Part shown: positions 57,901 to 64,000 of the stretch, one piece after another | How the letters are laid out: every line of letters starts with the position of its first letter | Position numbering within the stretch: the first letter of the stretch is position 1 | Origin: an uncultured bacterium | Lineage (GTDB): Bacteria > Planctomycetota > UBA1135 > GCA-002686595 | Assembly: GCA_943787795.1 (NCBI GenBank) | Contig: CALSNU010000002.1 | Coordinates: 1-64,000 of the forward strand | DNA length: 64,000 nucleotides | Direction: 5' to 3' | Made by a program: the position numbers and the translations under genes | Notes under the pieces: generated by a model | Database searches by the model: none | Told to the model about the DNA's origin: nothing | Seen by the model: only the letters and a program-made list of their open reading frames with translations

Positions 57901-58725
57901 ATGCTGGACTCCGCCACCATCGAACGTGACCTCGCCTTCGCCATCGCCGCCGCCCGCGACGCCGGCGACCGCGGCCTCGCCCTGCGCGCGCTCGACCGCT
58001 GGGAGGGCAAGACCCTCGGCGATGTGTGCGACCAGGCCTGCGACGGGCTGCTCCACGGGCTGCTCGCCGGACGCTACCCCGACGACGGCGTGCTGAGCGA
58101 GGAGACCGTTGACACACCCGAGCGCCTCTCCAAGTCGCGGGTCTGGATCGTGGACCCGCTGGACGGCACCAAGGAATACGCCCAGCTCCGGGACGACTGG
58201 GCCGTGCACGTGGCCCTCGCCGTCGACGGCCGCTGCGTCCTCGGGGCCGTGGCCCTGCCGTCCCAGGGCAAGGTCCTCTACGGCGTCTCGGCGGACGGCG
58301 CCGAGCGCGCGGGATTCGAAGGGGACTACAGCGGCGAGCTGGTCTCCGGCACGAGCCCCCAGGAGGGCCGCCCCCGGATCGCCGTCAGCCGCTCCCACAC
58401 CCCCGAGTGGGTCGACCGCTTCGCCGCCTCCATCGAGGGCGACCTCGTCCCCGCCGGCTCCGCCGGGCACAAGGCAGGCATGCTGCTCACCGGGGACGCG
58501 GACATGTACGTTCACAAGATCGGTCTCAAGGAGTGGGACACCTGCGCCCCGGAGACCATCGCGCGCAGCCTCGGCTGGCACGTATGCCGACTGGACGGCA
58601 CCGAGCACGTCTACAACCAGGCCGACCCACGCAACCACGAGCTCGTGATGTGCCGACCGGCCGCGCGGGACGCCGTTCTGGCCGCGCTCCAGCAGTCCGG
58701 CGCTCTCGAGGACCGCAAGGTCTGA
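57901..58725 (+). CDS. cysQ: CysQ / inositol monophosphatase family protein
   Basis: 'LSEE', 'WIVDPLDGTKEY', 'VSRSH', 'GSAGHK', 'EWDTCAP'. Confidence 0.8.
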   Translation: MLDSATIERDLAFAIAAARDAGDRGLALRALDRWEGKTLGDVCDQACDGLLHGLLAGRYPDDGVLSEETVDTPERLSKSRVWIVDPLDGTKEYAQLRDDWAVHVALAVDGRCVLGAVALPSQGKVLYGVSADGAERAGFEGDYSGELVSGTSPQEGRPRIAVSRSHTPEWVDRFAASIEGDLVPAGSAGHKAGMLLTGDADMYVHKIGLKEWDTCAPETIARSLGWHVCRLDGTEHVYNQADPRNHELVMCRPAARDAVLAALQQSGALEDRKV

Positions 58726-58750
58726 GGCGCGCCCCTGGCCGGCGCCGCAC

Positions 58751-59575
58751 TCAGCGCGGAGGCTGGCACGGCGGGCAGAGGTAGAGCCGGCGAGACCCCA
58801 CGTCGATCTTCTCGACCGGGGCGCCGCACTCGGGGCACGGCCGGCCCGAGCGGGCGAAGGCCGCGTGGCGGTAGTGCCGGAACGGGACCCCGCGCTCCTT
58901 GGCGTCCTCGACACGCTCGAGGCAGTCCGTGATCCCGCCCGTCTCGTAGCTCTGCCGGGTCACGTCGAGGATCCAGCGCGCCAGGTCCTCCCGATCGCCA
59001 TCGTCGAGGTCCTTGGGCCGCCAGCTCGGGTGGAGCCCGGCCCACCAGAGGATCTCACTCCGGAGGTAGTTCCCAAGCCCGCTGACGAAGCTCTGGTCGA
59101 GCAGCAGCGCGCCCAGGTTGCGGCCGCGGAAGCGGCGGTCCAGGAGCTGCTCCAGGACCTGCGCCTCCGTCACGTCCGGATCCACCGCGTCAGGACCGAG
59201 CTTGCCGAGGTAGGGGTGATGCGGCTCTTCCTCGGGCCGCAAGACCTCGATCTCCGAGGCGCTGTACAGCAGGGCTGAGCGCTTCGCGCCGCGCAGCTCC
59301 ATCCGCAGCGAGCGCCCGGTCTTGGGGTAGGCTCCCGCCTTCCGGAAGTACCACTTCCCGTAGAGCTGATTGTGCGAGTAGACGGACAGCCCCACGTCGA
59401 AGCGGGTGAGGATCGCCTTGCCGCGTGCCTCGACCTCGGTGACCGTGGCCCCGGAGAGCTGGCTCTCCCAGGGCTTCAGGTGCGTCAGCCCGAACCCGAC
59501 CTCTTGCATCACCTGACCCTCGACCGCCTCGGCGATCTGATCTGCGGCTCGATGTATCTCCGGTCCCTCGGGCAT
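58751..59575 (-). CDS. nei: Endonuclease VIII
   Basis: N-terminal MPEGPE, 'RGKA', 'HNQLYG', 'LYSAS', 'LLDQ...GLGNYLRSE', zinc finger CPEC...CPPC. Confidence 0.92.
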   Translation of the reverse strand: MPEGPEIHRAADQIAEAVEGQVMQEVGFGLTHLKPWESQLSGATVTEVEARGKAILTRFDVGLSVYSHNQLYGKWYFRKAGAYPKTGRSLRMELRGAKRSALLYSASEIEVLRPEEEPHHPYLGKLGPDAVDPDVTEAQVLEQLLDRRFRGRNLGALLLDQSFVSGLGNYLRSEILWWAGLHPSWRPKDLDDGDREDLARWILDVTRQSYETGGITDCLERVEDAKERGVPFRHYRHAAFARSGRPCPECGAPVEKIDVGSRRLYLCPPCQPPR

Positions 59576-59673
59576 GGGAGGGCTTTCGCAGCGCGGTCCC
59601 CCGCGGAGTCACCCGAACAGAATTGCCGGCAGACAGATCGTTTCGAAATTTCGTCTGCCCGACGCCGCCGCGC

Positions 59674-59688
59674 CTGACAGAGTGTCAG
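59674..59688. promoter_or_regulatory. Palindromic putative TetR operator CTGACA-gag-TGTCAG
   Basis: Perfect 6-3-6 palindrome 10 nt upstream of the TetR-family start codon. Confidence 0.55.
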
Positions 59689-59698
59689 TCTATCTCCG

Positions 59699-60325
59699 AT
59701 GCCTGATTCCCTCCCCTCTTCGACAACTGCCAGTCTCCCCAGCCGAGGGGTGCCTGCTGACGTCCGCGAGCGAATCGTCGCAAGTACGGTCGCCCTGCTC
59801 TGGGACCACCCCCTGAGAGACATCACCGTCAAGACGATCATGGCGGGGACCGACCTCAGTCGGCCCTCGTTCTACCTCCACTTCAAGTCGATCCCCGACC
59901 TCATGGAGGAGCGCCTGGGTGAGCTGGAGAAGTCGCTGATCGAGGCCACCGTTGGCTGGCTTGCGACCGCCGACGATGACCCTCAGACCCTCTGGCGAGC
60001 GCTGCATGCCCTCGTCCTCGTCGTCGAGCCGAACGGTGTCGTGTTCCGCGCGATCTCGGAGGCCGCGACCGTCGACGACCGGCTCGCCGAGACCTGGACG
60101 CAGTTCATGGGGCAATGGGACACCGCGGTCGCGGCCCGGATCCGGGTCGGCCAGGAAGCCGGGTACCTCAAGGACGTTGACCCGGACCTGACCGCCTTCG
60201 CGTTGAACCGCATGAATGCAGAGGTCCTGATCGAGGCCTTTGGCCGTCGTCCGGTGAAGGACTCGGAGTCCATCGCCCGCACCGTCCACCAGATCTGGAC
60301 GAGCACGCTCTACGCGGCTCGCTGA
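59699..60325 (+). CDS. TetR/AcrR family transcriptional regulator
   Basis: HTH 'ITVKTIMAGTDLSRPSFYLHFKS'; EthR-like C-terminus 'IWTSTLY'. Confidence 0.88.
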   Translation: MPDSLPSSTTASLPSRGVPADVRERIVASTVALLWDHPLRDITVKTIMAGTDLSRPSFYLHFKSIPDLMEERLGELEKSLIEATVGWLATADDDPQTLWRALHALVLVVEPNGVVFRAISEAATVDDRLAETWTQFMGQWDTAVAARIRVGQEAGYLKDVDPDLTAFALNRMNAEVLIEAFGRRPVKDSESIARTVHQIWTSTLYAAR

Positions 60326-60427
60326 GCCTCGGTCCTCTGGCCCGAGGGAAGGACACCCGTTTGCCCCACCCATCCTCGCGAGTCCCCGCTCGACCAGGCC
60401 TCGCGCCCCGGGGACCCCGAGCGCCTC

Positions 60428-60469
60428 TGAGCGGCCAGGTCGCCCTTGTGAGCGGCCAGGTCGCCCTTG
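60428..60469. repeat. Exact tandem duplication, 2 x 21 bp (TGAGCGGCCAGGTCGCCCTTG)
   Basis: Units at 60428-60448 and 60449-60469 in a convergent intergenic region. Confidence 0.9.
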
Positions 60470-60508
60470 CGCCGTCGGGCGCGACGGGCGCCCGTTCCCA
60501 GCACCCGG

Positions 60509-61093
60509 TCAAGCCGGCTCGTGGCGCGTGAGCCCCTCGAGGGCACGCTCCAGATCGATCGACAGCGCATCGAAGCCGTCGACGGCGTCCAGGCGCTGGC
60601 GCAGCGCGAGGACGAGCTCTCGGGCATGCCCGATGGTCTGCGCGGGTCCGCGGCTGAAGTGACTCCAGGCCTCCTCCGGGCTGCCCGCCGCGTCGAGCCG
60701 CGCCCCGAGGGAGCGCATGTTGTGCAGCTTGTCTGCGGCCTTCACCACCAGCGCTCGAAGGCTCATGGTCTCCACCGCTGCCAGCGCCTCGCCCTTGCGA
60801 GTCTCCCAGGACTCCCCCTTGCGCTCCGTCACCTCGGCAACGACGGCCCCCACCTCTGGCCCGAACTCCTCGGCGACCCGAGCCGCGGTCCAGTCCTCGC
60901 AGTCCTCCACCACATCGTGGAGCAGCCCGGCCTGGATGGTCTCGTCATCGGCGCCGCTGCGCGCGAGCAGCAGGGCCACATGGTAGGGGTGAGAGATGTA
61001 GGGGATCGGGTCCCCCTTCCGGGTCTGGCCCTCATGGGCCAGGAGCGACGCGCGCAGCGCCGCCTCCACACCTTGGGAAAAGAGCCCGACCAT
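60509..61093 (-). CDS. HD-domain protein, SpoT/Mesh1-type small alarmone hydrolase-like
   Basis: 'AHEGQTRK', 'PYISHP', 'AGLLHDVVED', 'VKAADKLHN'. Confidence 0.85.
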   Translation of the reverse strand: MVGLFSQGVEAALRASLLAHEGQTRKGDPIPYISHPYHVALLLARSGADDETIQAGLLHDVVEDCEDWTAARVAEEFGPEVGAVVAEVTERKGESWETRKGEALAAVETMSLRALVVKAADKLHNMRSLGARLDAAGSPEEAWSHFSRGPAQTIGHARELVLALRQRLDAVDGFDALSIDLERALEGLTRHEPA

Positions 61094-61099
61094 CCGCGC

Positions 61100-61948
61100 T
61101 CAGATCTGTACGCCGAGGGGCTTCAGGAAGATGAAGCCCACGATCATGGAGGCCAGCACGAACGCAGCGAGGACGCCCAGGGGCCCGCTCAGGGGCAGCC
61201 ACCCGAGGTCGCTCTCCGGATACACGAAGCTGATCTTCTCCAGTCCGGTCCCCGAGAGCGTGTCCTCTGCGGGCCAGAGGATCGCCTCCAGCGCGCTGCT
61301 GACGCGCTCAGGCTGCATGGACCGGACGCTGACCTCGTCTCCGGCCACGATCGTCTTCAAGATCGTCTTGTCGCCGGCGGTGAGGACGATCTCGTACTCC
61401 CCGGGCTGCTCGGCGATGAACTCGACGAAGGCGCGGCCCTGCCGAGGGATGCGGGCCACCGGTGAGACGGCCGCGAGCCCCTCGGGGAACACGATCTCCA
61501 GGCCTTCGATCGCGTCGCGGTCCCCCACGACCTCGAGGGTCAAGCCGTCGCCCGCGAGCAGCTCCACGTCCGCCTGCTGAATCGGTACCGGCTCGAACCC
61601 GTAGCGAACCACCATCTGCGCGGCCACGAGCGCGAAGGGGATCGCCAGCGGAACGAAGGGCCCGAAGTTGAGCACCAGGTACTGCACGTTCCGGAACAGC
61701 ACCTTGCCGATGGCCTTGCCCACGGTCACCAGGTCGTCCTGATAGAGGCGGATCTCGATCAGGTGACCCTTGATCTTGTCCTTGGTCGCCTTGATGCCCT
61801 TCTGCCAGGAGATGTGCTTGAAGATCCACAGCGCGAGCACGCCGAAGATCCCGCTCACAAAAAGGAGCGCGAACTCATCACTGACCGCCTCGAGGGGGGT
61901 CAGGACAAGGTCGAAGAACGAGGTGACTGCGCGGTTGATCGCGTTCAT
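61100..61948 (-). CDS. Membrane protein, DUF106/EMC3/TMCO1-like topology with an extracytoplasmic insert
   Basis: TM1, basic coiled coil, TM2 (GPFVPLAIP), ~120-aa soluble insert, TM3 ending 'LKPLGV'. Confidence 0.7.
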   Translation of the reverse strand: MNAINRAVTSFFDLVLTPLEAVSDEFALLFVSGIFGVLALWIFKHISWQKGIKATKDKIKGHLIEIRLYQDDLVTVGKAIGKVLFRNVQYLVLNFGPFVPLAIPFALVAAQMVVRYGFEPVPIQQADVELLAGDGLTLEVVGDRDAIEGLEIVFPEGLAAVSPVARIPRQGRAFVEFIAEQPGEYEIVLTAGDKTILKTIVAGDEVSVRSMQPERVSSALEAILWPAEDTLSGTGLEKISFVYPESDLGWLPLSGPLGVLAAFVLASMIVGFIFLKPLGVQI

Positions 61949-61993
61949 CGTGGGGCGGGCGAGGGGCCGTGGGATGGGCCGAAGCGTCGAGGA

Positions 61994-62191
61994 TCAGCTG
62001 ATATAGCCGAGGCCCTTGAGCTTCTCGGTGATGTCGGCGTCGGAGCCGGCCTCGTCGAACTGGGCGAGCTCGCGCTCGAGCACGTGGTGGATGAACTCCT
62101 CGTGGGAGGCGTACCCGGCGACCTCGGCGATCTGCTTGATGCGGGTGAGGAGCTCGGGGTCGATCTTGACCTTGTTGGCGGATCCAAACAT
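61994..62191 (-). CDS. Small RHH-like protein with C-terminal 'LKGLGY' motif
   Basis: 'KVKIDPELLTRIKQIA..AGY.S.EEFI..VL', acidic linker, 'ITEKLKGLGYIS'. Confidence 0.75.
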   Translation of the reverse strand: MFGSANKVKIDPELLTRIKQIAEVAGYASHEEFIHHVLERELAQFDEAGSDADITEKLKGLGYIS

Positions 62192-62221
62192 GGGAAGGTG
62201 GTGGTTGAAGAAGGTTCGGGA

Positions 62222-64000
62222 CTACTGGTTGGAGAGGATCGGGCGACCGACCATTCCCGGCGTCGGGTCGACGCCGTACAGCTTCAGGATCGTCGTGGTG
62301 AGATCCTCGAGGCGCGGGTCAGCGAGCTGAACCGGCTGGTTGGTGAGCAGGACGCCGTTGACGACGCTGGGGTGCATCAGGTGACTGCCGTTGAAGGTGC
62401 CGCCGACGTTGTCGGAGAGGACGGCATTGGGGATGCGCCCCTGGGTGGCCTCGTCGGAGTTGCCGTAGCCCCAGTTGTAGCCGACCACGATGTCGGGGGC
62501 CTCGTCGAGGCGCTCCCCGCCGGCGTAGACAACGGAGGCGAGGTCCGCGCTCTTCACGACCTGCTCGCTCCCGCGTTCGTCGTCGCGGATGGCCTCGAGC
62601 TCGCGCTTCAGCCGGGCGAGGAGCTCGTCTGCTTCCGCGCCAGGCTCCACGATGCCCTGGGACTCCCGGCCCTTGAGGTTGAGGTACAGGCCGTTGAAGC
62701 CCACGCCGTAGGCCGTCGACTTCGACCAGTCCACGGCGTCGGAGATGAAGACGTCCTTGAAGCCGCTGGCGTCCTCGGGGAGCTCCTTCGCGCGGCCCTC
62801 GTTCAGGACCAGGTAGCCGTTCTCCAGGAGCCAGGTGTTGAGGCTGAACTTGCGCCGGTAGGCGGCGAAGCCGTGGTCCGACATGATCATGACGACCGCG
62901 TCGTCTCCCACGCGGTCGAGGACCTTCCCGAGGAAGGGGTCCATCTTGAGGTAGAGGTCGTCCACCACGTCGCGCCAGGTGGAGCCATCTCGGTCCGACC
63001 ACCAGCTCGAGCTCTCGTTCGCGATCGCCTCGTCGAAGAACGGGTGCTCGGGGTCCTGGTGGCGCCACATCATGTGCATGGCGAGGTCCACCGAGGAGAC
63101 GTAGAAGAAGAGCAGGCCGCCATCGTCGTTCGCGACGTAGCGGTCCAGCGCGTGGTCCAACATGCGGGCCCGCTCCAGATAGACCAGCTCCGCCTGAGCC
63201 ATGAACTCGGCGTCGGTGAAGGCGCCGTCCTTGAGGGCGGAGACCTCCTCGGCCATGCCCTGGGTGTAATAGTCGCCGATCGCCGCCGCGAGGTCCGCGG
63301 AGGCCTCCTCGGGAAAGGAGATCGTGTCGACCGGCGCTACCGGATCGAAGTTGACCGGCGAGGCGTAGAGCACGAAGTCCGGGCCGATGCTACGCAGGTA
63401 GAAGCGCACGATACCCCCGAGGTTCATGGCGCCCATGGGCGCCATCTCGAAGCTCACGCGGCAGAAGCGTGACCACTGCCCCGGGCGCATGACCACCCGC
63501 TCGGTGCCCACCTCAACCGTCGCGGTGTTGCTCCGCTCGTCGACGTAGATCGTGAGCGGCGTCGTCGCCACGGGGTCGCCGTCCTTGAGGACGTTGACCG
63601 GGCCCTCCAGCTGCGTCCGGATCGCGCCTCCGCTGACTCGAACGGCGCGGAACTTGCCGCCCGAGGTCTCCTTCTTCGCCGGCGGGTCGCTGGTGAAGAT
63701 GGTGTACGTGCCGTAGGCCGAGTCCAGCGCCGGGGTCAGCATCCCCGGAAAGCTGACGCCCTTGGAGGGCTCGACGGGGAAGTTGATCGGGACCCGGTAC
63801 AGGTCCGCGGGGACGCCGGCCTCACCGAGGATCGTCCAGAAGGCGCGCCCTGTACGGTTGGACTCCGAGCTACCGCCCGTGGGGATCTTGTACCCGGTGA
63901 GCGGGACCTCGATCCCTCCACCCTCCTCCGAGACCACGGTGGAAGGCTCGATGGAGTAGTGCTCCTTGTTGCGGTGGATGAAGTCGTAGACCCCGTGTCC
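62222..64000 (-). CDS. Alkaline phosphatase superfamily / type I phosphodiesterase-nucleotide pyrophosphatase (5' partial)
   Basis: 'HGVYDF' at the window edge, 'DLAMHMMW', 'MSDHGF', 'YLNLKGRE', 'PDIVVG', 'GSH'; frame open to 64000. Confidence 0.88.
   Translation of the reverse strand, partial: GHGVYDFIHRNKEHYSIEPSTVVSEEGGGIEVPLTGYKIPTGGSSESNRTGRAFWTILGEAGVPADLYRVPINFPVEPSKGVSFPGMLTPALDSAYGTYTIFTSDPPAKKETSGGKFRAVRVSGGAIRTQLEGPVNVLKDGDPVATTPLTIYVDERSNTATVEVGTERVVMRPGQWSRFCRVSFEMAPMGAMNLGGIVRFYLRSIGPDFVLYASPVNFDPVAPVDTISFPEEASADLAAAIGDYYTQGMAEEVSALKDGAFTDAEFMAQAELVYLERARMLDHALDRYVANDDGGLLFFYVSSVDLAMHMMWRHQDPEHPFFDEAIANESSSWWSDRDGSTWRDVVDDLYLKMDPFLGKVLDRVGDDAVVMIMSDHGFAAYRRKFSLNTWLLENGYLVLNEGRAKELPEDASGFKDVFISDAVDWSKSTAYGVGFNGLYLNLKGRESQGIVEPGAEADELLARLKRELEAIRDDERGSEQVVKSADLASVVYAGGERLDEAPDIVVGYNWGYGNSDEATQGRIPNAVLSDNVGGTFNGSHLMHPSVVNGVLLTNQPVQLADPRLEDLTTTILKLYGVDPTPGMVGRPILSNQ

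Overview
High-GC (about 70% by eye), gene-dense bacterial chromosomal segment, most likely from Planctomycetota. This is inferred from a PVC-type heme-binding dehydrogenase, DUF1080/ThuA proteins, an ASPIC/UnbV protein, sulfatases and HEAT-VWA proteins. About 53 CDS are supported. They include a complete translationally coupled arginine operon (argR-C-B-D-F-G-H-A-E), housekeeping and repair genes (mutY, serA, argS, apt, fliA-type sigma, fbp, ilvE, nei, ABC-F, 5'-3' exonuclease) and many secreted or periplasmic proteins. I saw no tRNA, rRNA, CRISPR array or mobile element. The most interesting signals are: (1) two unrelated secreted proteins end in the same ~143-aa C-terminal domain, a candidate undescribed sorting or anchoring domain; (2) a GT2, a flippase-like protein and a TMTC-like GT-C/TPR protein lie next to one carrier, suggesting lipid-linked protein O-glycosylation; (3) TAnnnT boxes sit 6-10 nt before at least 10 start codons, suggesting pervasive leaderless transcription; (4) an archaeal-like operon of AlkP enzyme, RHH-'LGY' microprotein, DUF106/EMC3-like protein and HD hydrolase; (5) a single-base frameshift in a TPR lipoprotein. 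All family calls come from motif recognition by eye; no searches were run.
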